A DNA stretch of 64,000 bases from an uncultured Thermoproteaceae archaeon (GCA_964575955.1 CAZNTG010000006.1:32001-96000), one strand, 5' to 3'. Positions 47,834-57,794 are shown, counted from the stretch's first letter. Program-made: numbers and translations. Notes: a model not told the origin generated them from the sequence alone.

Positions 47834-49206
47834 GACCTATATACTATGTTTGTTATAACTTCTTCAGGTCTCTTATAGAATTCTGAGATTATACTGAGCT
47901 GTTGTGTATATGATTTTCTGACTAGATTTTTAATAATTTCTCTTCTATACTCAATCTCATCTCTAGGTATTTCTACACTATTTGGGATATATATATCTGA
48001 TACTTTTCTAATTTTTCTACAAATTCTAACACCATCTAGCTCAACTATTGTTGTACCTGTATGCATTTTAACTACAGCAATTTCTTTCAAAATATTTTGA
48101 CTATTTTCAATCATATTTGATAACCTCATTTTCAATTTATCATAACTATCTGCGTGAAATGTTGTAACACCACCATGACCTGTAGTTACGGCATCAATCC
48201 ATGCTTGAACTTCATCTCTAGTTCTAACCTCATTAACAATAATGTAGTCAGCACCTATTCTCAATGCATGAGCTATTAAATCTGACTTTGTAATTGATTT
48301 AACTCCAAGTCCATAGGATCTTCTTTCAATCAACTTAACAACATTATGACCAGGAAGTGTCATCTCATCAACATCCATTATCAATGCTTTAAATAGTGTT
48401 GGATTACTACAAAATGTTATTGCATTAGCTAGACTAGTCTTACCAGAACCCATAGGACCTATTATCAATATTGGTATCTTATTATCAAATAAATACCACA
48501 ATAATGCACATTGAGTAAAATCTACACTATCTCTAACAATAAGATCACCATAAGTCCAAGGACTTCTCGGTAAGATTCTAATATGTATGTAAGGTTCAGA
48601 TATTGGTTTTATCGAAATTGAAAATCTAACTCTAAACTCATGATCAGTAACTGATATCATAGGCATGTATGTTGTTATTGGACTACTAGATCTCTCAGCA
48701 ACACGAGAAATTACATATTCCAAAAAATCTTTAAGACTATATACCCTTCTATAAAGTCTATGCTTTACAAATTTAAGTATTGTAGATTTAAAATCTACGT
48801 ATGTATTTTCAAACTCAACATTAACTTCACAAAGACCGAAATCAGAATGATATGCATAGAAGTTTGATGTTGTTAAGTATATATCAGTAATCTTGTCATA
48901 TAATAATAATGGTGTTAAAATACCATAATATTTAAACCACCTAGTCCAAACTAAGCTAATATCCTCATAATTAACATTTAGAGATTTAGAAATTTTCTTA
49001 ATAATACTATCAACATCCTTACCTGAAATTACTAGACTATATATGAAATACGGATCTACATGTTGTATACCTTCATCAACATCATCATATAGATATATTA
49101 TGAATGTTGAACCTATCTGACGTATATCTATTATTGATCTAACTAGGAAATCTACAATAAAACTTTCAACAAGTTTACCATTAGGTTTTGACTTACTTAT
49201 AAGCAC
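47812..49206 (-). CDS. VirB11/TadA-like secretion ATPase; 3' end overlaps tRNA antisense
   Basis: LTPLLLYDKITDI, GPMGSGKTS, ALRIGADYIIVNEVR, TGHGGVTTFHA. Confidence 0.88.
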   Translation of the reverse strand: MLISKSKPNGKLVESFIVDFLVRSIIDIRQIGSTFIIYLYDDVDEGIQHVDPYFIYSLVISGKDVDSIIKKISKSLNVNYEDISLVWTRWFKYYGILTPLLLYDKITDIYLTTSNFYAYHSDFGLCEVNVEFENTYVDFKSTILKFVKHRLYRRVYSLKDFLEYVISRVAERSSSPITTYMPMISVTDHEFRVRFSISIKPISEPYIHIRILPRSPWTYGDLIVRDSVDFTQCALLWYLFDNKIPILIIGPMGSGKTSLANAITFCSNPTLFKALIMDVDEMTLPGHNVVKLIERRSYGLGVKSITKSDLIAHALRIGADYIIVNEVRTRDEVQAWIDAVTTGHGGVTTFHADSYDKLKMRLSNMIENSQNILKEIAVVKMHTGTTIVELDGVRICRKIRKVSDIYIPNSVEIPRDEIEYRREIIKNLVRKSYTQQLSIISEFYKRPEEVITNIVYRSGAGGGI

Positions 49207-49351
49207 GTATAGTTACATATCTTAACATTACTAAATTCCAATCATATTGGGAGCTATAGAAACTCGATATAAATATTTAATGAGTATATACCTGATAGAA
49301 TAAGACTATTCAGGACGTACAAAAAAGATCATTGCATATCTTAAGTACTAA

Positions 49352-50077
49352 GTGGAAATATGTGAAACCATGAGTGTAAGACATAGATATAATATAACAA
49401 CATTTGACAATTTAGTATTAAGAACTTACAATCCAACAACATACATACCTCTCAATATTTGGGAAAGAATGTATAAGAGAGGAGAATTAACTATAAAGAG
49501 CTTAATAATACTTGGATGGAGAGTTAAATCATTAAGAGAGTGTAGACTATTTGGATTAGCATTCTCAGACTTACATGATCAGGATAGACTACTAGACATA
49601 GTATCGGTATTAGGTAACTATAAGAAGAGAGTTCATATAAAATTTACAAGTAGAGAATCGAGTATAGTATCAAAAATATATGAACAACATATAAGATATA
49701 GAACAACTATAAGCAATTACCTACTATATCTTTTTCTAACAGGATTTTATGCAAATTCAAGAGTAGTCACACATTACTCAAACTCGATAGATAGAATAAA
49801 ACTTGCATATGAGGATGAAAATATGCTTAAAGAAATGATGAAAACAGTGTTAAAAAACGTATTAAAAAATTATGAAGATATAGTGATATTTAAGAATAGG
49901 ATTATAACTGAATTATCGAGAACTCGTAGAAGGAGTACAATAAGGCATATTAAGAGAATTAATAATGAAAATGATAAAGAGAGATTGATATCATATATAT
50001 TAGACTCAGTGATATTTAATATAAAACCAGGAGCATTATTGAAGACCTATGTAAAAAACTGCATAGGATATGTATAG
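49352..50077 (+). CDS. Hypothetical protein, possibly eroded HerA/VirB4-like ATPase remnant
   Basis: 241-aa ORF; in-frame upstream segment from ATG 49280 reads MSIYLIE*DYSGRTKK; IPLNIW motif. Confidence 0.4.
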   Translation: MEICETMSVRHRYNITTFDNLVLRTYNPTTYIPLNIWERMYKRGELTIKSLIILGWRVKSLRECRLFGLAFSDLHDQDRLLDIVSVLGNYKKRVHIKFTSRESSIVSKIYEQHIRYRTTISNYLLYLFLTGFYANSRVVTHYSNSIDRIKLAYEDENMLKEMMKTVLKNVLKNYEDIVIFKNRIITELSRTRRRSTIRHIKRINNENDKERLISYILDSVIFNIKPGALLKTYVKNCIGYV

Positions 50078-50459
50078 AATATTTTTAGCAATATCAGCTG
50101 AGAGTATAAGTAAGAATGTTATAGAACCATTCCTAAAATCTGCATACGACATCGTATCTATAATAGGTGGTTTAGCATTATGGGCTTTAATAATAATGTC
50201 TATAGTGAAGTTAATAGAGAGTAAACTCGGACCAACAGGTTGGTATAGATCTGCAGCTATGACAGGTCTATTTGAACTATTTAAGAGATTTCTAATAGCA
50301 ATAGCAATATTCTACGTAATAACATACATAATTGCATATATAATGAGCTCAATGGGTACAACTATAAATCCAACACAACTTGCAACAAACATCTTACTAA
50401 ACATGTTATTTAAACCATTCACAACACTGTACAAATATGTGATAAGTACAGGTAAATGA
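50070..50459 (+). CDS. VirB2-like conjugative-type pilin (TedC/CedA1-like)
   Basis: 129 aa, two long hydrophobic helices split by basic loop ESKLGPTGWYRS; between ATPase and large membrane protein. Confidence 0.6.
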   Translation: MYRIFLAISAESISKNVIEPFLKSAYDIVSIIGGLALWALIIMSIVKLIESKLGPTGWYRSAAMTGLFELFKRFLIAIAIFYVITYIIAYIMSSMGTTINPTQLATNILLNMLFKPFTTLYKYVISTGK

Positions 50460-52933
50460 TATTACAGATAGCATTAGCGATAGAATTAACAATATTCACA
50501 ATACTCTACCTTAAGAATAGAAATCTTAGAGATATAAAGGATTTAGTAACAACAATAATATTAATATCAATAATAGTATTAATATCCTCAAACTACATAC
50601 TAAACTACTCTATATGCATTAAGAAGACTAGAGATATTATAGAAGTTTTAGAAAGTTGTTCAAAAATACTAAATTTAACAATATTAACATATTCTATTAG
50701 TCTCATACTACTTTCAATCTTAATATCTATAGTTCCTGTATTAAACATAGTTAATACTATATACCTATTTTACACATTACCACTAGGAAAGATTATAGAT
50801 CCTGTATTGAATAGTTTGATAATAATTTCAAACATTATACAACTTACACTAATAGTTCTAGTAGCAGAGCTAGATTTACTAATATTCTCTAAAGTAGCTT
50901 TAAAATATCTAATATTTCTACCACCTATATCATTAATAAGAAGATTAAAGATGCCGATAATTCTGATAGTGGTCTGCATACTCATAATTATAATATCAAC
51001 AGGATTGATATATAAGTCAGGAATATCGAAGATAAATCATAAAATTTTGAGAAAGATTAAGGATGAAATATTTAACATATCTAAATCTATCTCTAAAATC
51101 AGCATAGAGTATAGTAATATATCGATATTTAGATATATTTCAAATTATGGAGAGGTAAGTATCATATATATAAGATGTGGAAATTATGTAGATAGAGTAT
51201 TCGGTCTTGGAAATATTACGATTATATACAACTGTAGTAATGTAGGGCTTTTAAAAGCTTTCAAAATAGTGTTAAACTATAATGTAAGTAGTGAGATTTA
51301 TTGTAAGTATACTAAACATAGAAATATAACATACGTAGTATGTCATTCAAAATCCAAATTAAGACCTATAATCTATAGAAGATATCTTGTAGGATTACTT
51401 CATACCAACTGTTCTAAAGTATCTATAAAATTTATAGATAATATCACACTTATAGTCAGGAAACATCTAAATGCTTCATGTAGCGTAAATATAGTAGGTC
51501 CCTTCTCAGGTAGCGAAAATGTTCAATATAGTAATGTTCAATATAGTAAGATTGAGATACTGAGAAAAATTCTATATAAGATATATAATGTTGATAAGAT
51601 TGTAAATTATTACTATAATAAGAGTGTTGTAGATTTGAGAAAAATTCTAACATTAATACAGACTATAGACAATTTGAAGTACTATACTGTCAGGAAATTC
51701 ATTTTGCATAGAGATGTAGATAGTATATACATACATTTTCCAATTAGTAGAGCTGTGTTATGGCCTGTAAATATATCAACTATACCATATTCAAAATCTA
51801 TATATACATACTATAGATATCTCATAAACGTAAAGTCTGAATGTTCTAATATTTTGAAAACATTTAATTTCTATAAGTACTTCAATAATATTATAATCAT
51901 CTCACTATATTCACTATTCTTAACAATATTCTCAATAATTGCAGCAATGTACATATTGACAAATATCTTAAGTTTAGAAGGTATTGTTATATATCCTCTA
52001 ATTAAGTTTGGAAAAATATTACTATCTGAATTTTTAATACCTCTATACTTTAAGATTGCTAGTAAAGCTGTATCTAAGAAATTTATTAGAAGTATCTATA
52101 GAGCTTTCAAGAAAAGTGAAGGAATAGTAATTTTGGATAATTATCACAGAGTTGAGAATGTATTGAAGACGTATCACCATAGATATAGGGTTGAAGGTCT
52201 TTATACAATTTCAAATTATGCTAGAAGAAGATTATCAAAATATATCGATAGGAGAGTACTGTATGAAATTGAAAATAGGAGGATGCCAATTCTATATTTG
52301 AAGAACTTAGATATAAAGAAGAAAGATTACCAAACTAAGATTATTATTGAAGATATTATGAAAAATCTTGGTATATCTATTGAACTTTTATCAGACTTCT
52401 CAATTAGGAGATTTGAAAGACTTGATAGACTATCTAAATATGTATTATCAACATATATAAATGTTTCTAGAGGATTCAGATACTACAATATTATAGACTT
52501 ATCTATTGATATGAGATTAACACCATACCATATATTGTTACTATCATTAGACAGAGATGTTATTACTAATGTCTTACGGAGGTTAAATCTTTATGATATG
52601 TTTAAGGATTATCTTGATGTTAATAGAGATTTTATATTTAGCAAGTTTAGGACCTACATTTATGATCTATATTATGCATCATTATTAACATCTAGAATTA
52701 TACATAGGAGAGTTACTGGTTCTATAATTTTGAGTTTGTTAAAATATTCTGACTTAGATAGATCTCTATATGTTAGAGAGGTTAAGAACATTTTAAGATA
52801 TCATATTGATTTTGATGTTGTTAAGAAAATATTAGATGAGTATTTGAGAGAGGTTTATACTAGATATTCTGGTAGTTTTAGAAGGAGAGAATTGTATAAG
52901 GTTAATATTTTAAGAAGGTTATTTAATGTTTAG
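50456..52933 (+). CDS. Large polytopic membrane protein (TedA/CedA/VirB6-like architecture)
   Basis: About 5-6 N-terminal TMs, large N-x-S/T-rich loop, further TMs, basic cytoplasmic tail. Confidence 0.5.
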   Translation: MILQIALAIELTIFTILYLKNRNLRDIKDLVTTIILISIIVLISSNYILNYSICIKKTRDIIEVLESCSKILNLTILTYSISLILLSILISIVPVLNIVNTIYLFYTLPLGKIIDPVLNSLIIISNIIQLTLIVLVAELDLLIFSKVALKYLIFLPPISLIRRLKMPIILIVVCILIIIISTGLIYKSGISKINHKILRKIKDEIFNISKSISKISIEYSNISIFRYISNYGEVSIIYIRCGNYVDRVFGLGNITIIYNCSNVGLLKAFKIVLNYNVSSEIYCKYTKHRNITYVVCHSKSKLRPIIYRRYLVGLLHTNCSKVSIKFIDNITLIVRKHLNASCSVNIVGPFSGSENVQYSNVQYSKIEILRKILYKIYNVDKIVNYYYNKSVVDLRKILTLIQTIDNLKYYTVRKFILHRDVDSIYIHFPISRAVLWPVNISTIPYSKSIYTYYRYLINVKSECSNILKTFNFYKYFNNIIIISLYSLFLTIFSIIAAMYILTNILSLEGIVIYPLIKFGKILLSEFLIPLYFKIASKAVSKKFIRSIYRAFKKSEGIVILDNYHRVENVLKTYHHRYRVEGLYTISNYARRRLSKYIDRRVLYEIENRRMPILYLKNLDIKKKDYQTKIIIEDIMKNLGISIELLSDFSIRRFERLDRLSKYVLSTYINVSRGFRYYNIIDLSIDMRLTPYHILLLSLDRDVITNVLRRLNLYDMFKDYLDVNRDFIFSKFRTYIYDLYYASLLTSRIIHRRVTGSIILSLLKYSDLDRSLYVREVKNILRYHIDFDVVKKILDEYLREVYTRYSGSFRRRELYKVNILRRLFNV
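51518..51547 (+). repeat. Perfect 15-bp tandem duplication
   Basis: AATGTTCAATATAGT x2 (NVQYS NVQYS). Confidence 0.85.
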
Positions 52934-52934
52934 T

Positions 52935-52986
52935 TGATGATGAGTCTTCAGCCGAATGATTGGTGATTTGAGGCTGTTTGCTGATC
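52935..52986 (+). ncRNA. C/D box sRNA (tRNA-Phe anticodon-arm-like guide)
   Basis: ATGATGA 52937-43, GTCTTCAGCCGA, ATGA, TTGGTGA, TTTGAGGCTGTTTG, CTGA 52981-84. Confidence 0.85.
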
Positions 52987-52990
52987 ATGA

Positions 52991-54031
52991 TTATACTCTT
53001 ATGACTATTTCCAACTTATCTAATATTTCTTGATATCTTTGTCTAATTGTTACATCTGATTTTCCTGTTGCTTGTGATACTTCTTTCTGTTTTCTCTTAG
53101 TGTTAACTATGTTTACGGCTATGTATATTGCTGCTGCAGCTATTGCATATTTATCTTTTCCATTTGTGAGTCTTATTTTTCTACATGCATCTATGATGTT
53201 CCATGTAAGCTTCATTATTGGTGGTCTTAGGTCTGATGGAACTTCAAGTTTGTCTAATACTGTAGATATGTATCTTCTGATTTCAGCCTCATTTATAACT
53301 GATGTTTGAATGTTTATTCCTGAGCTTGCTAGTATTGATTTTATTTCTGTTAAAATTTTTGCAAGTCTTCTTCTATCGACATTAAATTCTGTTAATATTT
53401 CTTTAATTCTAAATCCTAAACCTCTATTTTTACATGCTACGTATAGTAGGGCTGCTGCAAGTTCTCTTAATCTATACATCCTCTTCTTTCTCTCAGGTAT
53501 CTTACCTTCTTTCACTGCTTTAGCGATATGTCTATACATGTGTATTACATCATCGATTATGCTTGATGGTAATCCAAGTTTTTGTACAACATTCTTAACA
53601 TATCTTTGAAGTGTTACAACATTTCTCTCAGTACTTGTAACTCTAAGTCTCTGGTGAATTATGCTAAGTCTTTCAAGTACTGATCTCATCTTAATGTTTT
53701 GTGATACTTTTGTTACATCAATCTCATCTTGTCCAAGTCCTTGATTTGGATATTTTATGTCAGTCTTGTATAGTCTTTCTTTTTCTTCAGCTTCTTCAGG
53801 TGTGTATACTCTATATTCTGGTCTTGTTATATCTGGTATTTTTTCAACAATTATTGAGCCACACTGTGTACATACTACCTGTCCATTTCGATAATCAAAT
53901 ATTATTTTTGGACATCCACAGTATGGACATCTTGTCAATTCTTCAATATTTACAACAGTTTCAGTCTTCTCCTTATCTTTATGTAACTTCTTTCTTAGGT
54001 ATTCAAATTTTGAAATTTTTTCATCAATCAT
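52991..54031 (-). CDS. tfb: Transcription initiation factor IIB paralog
   Basis: Zn ribbon CPYCG...CTQCG, PEYRVY B-reader, cyclin repeats AAALLYVAC / AAAAIY, TIRQRY. Confidence 0.93.
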   Translation of the reverse strand: MIDEKISKFEYLRKKLHKDKEKTETVVNIEELTRCPYCGCPKIIFDYRNGQVVCTQCGSIIVEKIPDITRPEYRVYTPEEAEEKERLYKTDIKYPNQGLGQDEIDVTKVSQNIKMRSVLERLSIIHQRLRVTSTERNVVTLQRYVKNVVQKLGLPSSIIDDVIHMYRHIAKAVKEGKIPERKKRMYRLRELAAALLYVACKNRGLGFRIKEILTEFNVDRRRLAKILTEIKSILASSGINIQTSVINEAEIRRYISTVLDKLEVPSDLRPPIMKLTWNIIDACRKIRLTNGKDKYAIAAAAIYIAVNIVNTKRKQKEVSQATGKSDVTIRQRYQEILDKLEIVIRV

Positions 54032-54032
54032 A

Positions 54033-54314
54033 CTATCTCCTCTTTCTTGTTCTTGATTTTTCAAGATCAAGTACTCTTACATATACTGCTTTACCTTTAA
54101 ACTTTTCTGGATCTTCAAGAACATTTCTGTCAGGTTTTACTAAGCCAAATGGGCTTGATACAGGTCCAATAACATCATATAGAATTCCTAATCTCTTCAT
54201 AGCGTAGTCATATACTGTGATGTAGAGTGGTGGTACCATGCTTAATTTAATTACAAGCTTCTTATCGTGTGAAAGATGAAGAACTTCACCTATCTTCTTC
54301 AATGATGTAGACAT
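54033..54314 (-). CDS. gar1: H/ACA RNP protein Gar1
   Basis: LGILYDVIGPVSSPF; conserved gar1-tfb adjacency. Confidence 0.9.
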   Translation of the reverse strand: MSTSLKKIGEVLHLSHDKKLVIKLSMVPPLYITVYDYAMKRLGILYDVIGPVSSPFGLVKPDRNVLEDPEKFKGKAVYVRVLDLEKSRTRKRR

Positions 54315-54461
54315 CCTTATTAGGCTAGTATTATATATCTTAAATCATAAACGTTTCGTCTACCTGAATCATAATGTGTATATATTGTATATTGTTGAAG
54401 ACAGGAAGGTAACAGATGGATGAGATATGTTTAAATAGGTACTATGTAGCATGCATTAGCA

Positions 54462-54884
54462 ATGGTAAAACTGCTAAGCTACTATCAGGGTAATGATACT
54501 AAGAAGCCATCTGGAGGATATAGACCAAGACCATATAAGGTGAAGAGGAAATGTCTTGGTGGTGGACCACCAACAATGACAAAGTTGGGCAATTCTGACA
54601 GGATTAAGATTACTAGAGACTATGGTGGTAATCATAAGATTAGACTTCTAGAAGCAGCTACAGCAAATGTATATATTCCAGATGAGAAGAGGTGTGTTAA
54701 AGTTAAGATTTTGAGAGTCCTTGAAACACCATCAAATCCTGAATATGCTAGAAGAGGAATAATTGTGAAAGGTGCTGTGATAGATACAGAGATTGGTAAA
54801 GCAGTAGTAACATCTAGACCTGGTCAGGATGGTGTTATTAATGCAGTACTGATTGAGAAGAGAGAAGAGAAGAAAAAGAAGTAG
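54462..54884 (+). CDS. rps8e: 30S ribosomal protein S8e
   Basis: KKPSGG, IIVKGAVIDTEIG, VTSRPGQDGVINA. Confidence 0.96.
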   Translation: MVKLLSYYQGNDTKKPSGGYRPRPYKVKRKCLGGGPPTMTKLGNSDRIKITRDYGGNHKIRLLEAATANVYIPDEKRCVKVKILRVLETPSNPEYARRGIIVKGAVIDTEIGKAVVTSRPGQDGVINAVLIEKREEKKKK

Positions 54885-54899
54885 ATTAACAATATCTAA

Positions 54900-55226
54900 A
54901 TGGTTCGTAGAAGGAGAAGAGGCATAATTATATGGACTGTATTTTTTGATTCTTCAAGATCTAGAAATCTTGGAAGAAAAGTTCCTAAATCATTAGCAAT
55001 TAAATGTCCAACAGTTGAAGAGCTTGAAGAAGCTGTTAAAGAGCTTGGTTTTGAATATGAGGTTTATAGAGATAAGAAGTATCCAAAAACTTGGTATTTA
55101 GATTCATGTCAAGGATATGTTAAGATATTTAAAAAACCTGACATGGAGATTAGCAGAACAAAACTTCTGAAGACTATAGCTGAGAAGTTGAGAGAGATTA
55201 GACAGAGAAGACAGATGAAGAGCTAA
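54900..55226 (+). CDS. srp19: Signal recognition particle protein Srp19
   Basis: IIWTVFFDSSRSRNLGRKVPK, KYPKTW. Confidence 0.92.
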   Translation: MVRRRRRGIIIWTVFFDSSRSRNLGRKVPKSLAIKCPTVEELEEAVKELGFEYEVYRDKKYPKTWYLDSCQGYVKIFKKPDMEISRTKLLKTIAEKLREIRQRRQMKS

Positions 55227-55277
55227 CTACTTCTTAAGAAATGTTTTAATGAGTGTTAAGATGATACTTGACTATCT

Positions 55278-56075
55278 ATGACATTGATAGAACATTTACG
55301 AACTATATCAGAGAAAGCTAGAATGTATCTACTACTAATAGCACTATACAATCCAGGAGTACATCTAGGATCTTCATTATCAGTAATTGAAATATTGACA
55401 GCACTATACGGTACAGGTAGAGTAAGCTTTCTTAAAGGTGATATTGATAGAAATTGGCTAATATTAAGTAAAGGTCATGCTGTACATGCAGTATATGCAA
55501 TAGCTGCAGCTATGGGATACCTATCATGGAATGACCTTAGAAATTCAGGTACAATAATGAGTCCACTACAAAATCATCCAGAACTTGGATGTCCAGGTGT
55601 TGATGTAGCAACAGGATCGCTAGGTCAAGGTGTTAGTATTAGTGTAGGTATTGCACTAGGATTAAAACTTAGAGGATTAACAAATAGGAAAGTATACGTA
55701 ATACTTGGAGATGGTGAACTTGATGAAGGTCAGACATGGGAAGCATTTTCAACAGCAGCACACTACAACTTGACAAATTGGATACCAATAATAGACCACA
55801 ATAAGATACAGCTAGATGGTAAGGTTGATAATGTTAAGAAGAAGGGTGATCTAAGGAAGAGATTTGAATCTCTTGGATATGATGTTGTTGAAGTTGATGG
55901 TCATGATATAAATGCAATACTTGGAGTTTTAGAAGATGTTGAATCTAGTAATAGGATGAGTGTAATTATAGCACATACAGTACGTGGTAAGGGTGTACCT
56001 GTACTTGAAGGAACTAATAGACAGAGAATGTTTAGAGAAGAGATTTTACAAATACTTAAAGAATATATGCAGTAG
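55278..56075 (+). CDS. Transketolase N-terminal (TPP-binding) subunit
   Basis: HLGSSLS, LSKGHA, TGSLGQG, GDGELDEGQTWE, TVRGKG. Confidence 0.93.
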   Translation: MTLIEHLRTISEKARMYLLLIALYNPGVHLGSSLSVIEILTALYGTGRVSFLKGDIDRNWLILSKGHAVHAVYAIAAAMGYLSWNDLRNSGTIMSPLQNHPELGCPGVDVATGSLGQGVSISVGIALGLKLRGLTNRKVYVILGDGELDEGQTWEAFSTAAHYNLTNWIPIIDHNKIQLDGKVDNVKKKGDLRKRFESLGYDVVEVDGHDINAILGVLEDVESSNRMSVIIAHTVRGKGVPVLEGTNRQRMFREEILQILKEYMQ

Positions 56076-56624
56076 CTATTTTCTAGGTATACACTCTTTA
56101 ATTAGTATTTCAGCAGATGCATATACTGCAGATAGACCACATATAATACCTTCATAACCAGCAACTCTCAATATTGTTAAACTGCCTGTAGCAAATGCTG
56201 CACATAGTAGAAAGAAGAGTATTGTTAAAGTTACGAAGACCACTTTAAGACTTGCAGTACCAGTCTTCAAGACTACTATGGTTAAGTATAGTGTAAATAT
56301 GCCCCACATAAACATCCATGCTGCAAGTTCACCAGAGCCTATAGTTGTCAACTTTAACCATCCTGTAACAGCACTCATAAGTGCTAGACCAATCCAAAAT
56401 AATCCATATGCTGTAAATGCTGTACCTCCAAATGTCGATCCTCTTCTAAACTCTATAATTCCAGATATTACCTGTGCAAGACCACCAAAGAAGAATCCAT
56501 AACACATTGTTAATGTTGCTGTTTTAACAATACCTGCATTATACAGATTTAGCAGTACTGTAGTTAATCCAAAAGCTGCAAGTCCCAGTGATGCTGGATT
56601 ACCCCATTGATTAGTTGTTGACAT
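56076..56624 (-). CDS. Acetate uptake transporter (SatP/YaaH, GPR1/FUN34 family)
   Basis: GNPASLGLAAF signature, FFGGLAQ, TFGGTAFTAYG; six TMs. Confidence 0.93.
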   Translation of the reverse strand: MSTTNQWGNPASLGLAAFGLTTVLLNLYNAGIVKTATLTMCYGFFFGGLAQVISGIIEFRRGSTFGGTAFTAYGLFWIGLALMSAVTGWLKLTTIGSGELAAWMFMWGIFTLYLTIVVLKTGTASLKVVFVTLTILFFLLCAAFATGSLTILRVAGYEGIICGLSAVYASAEILIKECIPRK

Positions 56625-56784
56625 GTGTTTCCTCTCTAATACTTTCTCTTCTTATCTATTTTTACAAATCTGTAATAAACAATATTTTAGAATGAGAGTA
56701 CTTACCTGTATATAGTCTAAATATGTTGTTGCTATAGGTAAAACATTATACTTATATCTTCATACGAGAACTTTCGTGAACTAG

Positions 56785-57750
56785 ATGTCAAGTATAAGTC
56801 TTACAGAACTTTCAGAACTAACACCTAGAGATGCTCTAGGTAGAGCACTTGTAGAACTTGGATCGATGTATAGAGATGTTGTTGTTGTAACAGCAGATGT
56901 TGGTGAAGCAACTAGAGCAAAATATTTTGGAGATAGATATCCAGATAGGTACTTCAATGTCGGAATAGCTGAGCAAGACATGCTTGGTGTTGCTGCAGGT
57001 CTAGCACTTACAGGATTTAGAGTATATGCAGTTGCATTTGCAATGTTTCTAATGAGAGCATGGGAGCAGATTAGGAACAGTATTGTGAGAATGAACATAC
57101 CTGTAAAGATTGTTGGTACACATGCAGGATTTAGTGATGCATATGATGGAGCTAGTCATCAATGTCTTGAAGATATTGCACTTATGAGAATACTACCAAA
57201 CATGACCGTCATAGCACCTGCAGATGCACCTGAAGTATATAGAGCTATTATAAGTAGTGCTGAACTAAAAACACCATGCTATATCAGAGTTGGTAGAGAT
57301 TATACTAGAAATATTACACATACACTAGACTACGAGTTTAAGATTGGTCAAGCAGTAGTTGTTGAAGATGGTGAAGACATCTCAATATTTACAACAGGAA
57401 TGACACTATGGATAGCACTTGAAGCATACAACATACTTAAGGATATGGGTGTAAGTCCAGCAATAGTACACTTCCACACAATATCACCACTAGATGTAAA
57501 CACTGTAGAGAAGTATGCTAGAAAGACAGGAGCGATAGTAACTATAGAAGAACATCTAGTTAAAGGAGGATTTGGATCAGCAATTGCAGAGACAGTAGTA
57601 CAGACATATGCAGTACCTATAGTGATGGTTGGTGCATATAGTTTTGGTAGAAGTGCTAGAAGTCCTGAAGAGCTATATAGATATTTTGGAATAGAACCAA
57701 ATGAAGTTGCTCTTAGAGCAATTGAACTTATAAAGTTGAGAAAGAGATAA
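56785..57750 (+). CDS. Transketolase C-terminal subunit
   Basis: NVGIAEQ, RAWEQIR, DGASHQCLED, IEEH...GGFGSA. Confidence 0.93.
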   Translation: MSSISLTELSELTPRDALGRALVELGSMYRDVVVVTADVGEATRAKYFGDRYPDRYFNVGIAEQDMLGVAAGLALTGFRVYAVAFAMFLMRAWEQIRNSIVRMNIPVKIVGTHAGFSDAYDGASHQCLEDIALMRILPNMTVIAPADAPEVYRAIISSAELKTPCYIRVGRDYTRNITHTLDYEFKIGQAVVVEDGEDISIFTTGMTLWIALEAYNILKDMGVSPAIVHFHTISPLDVNTVEKYARKTGAIVTIEEHLVKGGFGSAIAETVVQTYAVPIVMVGAYSFGRSARSPEELYRYFGIEPNEVALRAIELIKLRKR

Positions 57751-57794
57751 GAAGTAGGTTTCTAAACCCTCTAAAATAGTAGAAGTTAAGTATC

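Noticed and set aside
47746-52990. Active integrated conjugative plasmid or provirus at tRNA-Leu
   Set aside because: No integrase, relaxase, replication gene or attL/attR duplication seen; flanks are core genes
52991-54031. TFB3-like dedicated regulator of the transfer locus
   Set aside because: Full-length TFB with two cyclin repeats in the conserved gar1-tfb context; TFB3 is truncated
54315-54461. Possible sRNA in the gar1-rps8e gap
   Set aside because: No properly ordered C/D boxes or stable hairpin; explained by divergent promoters
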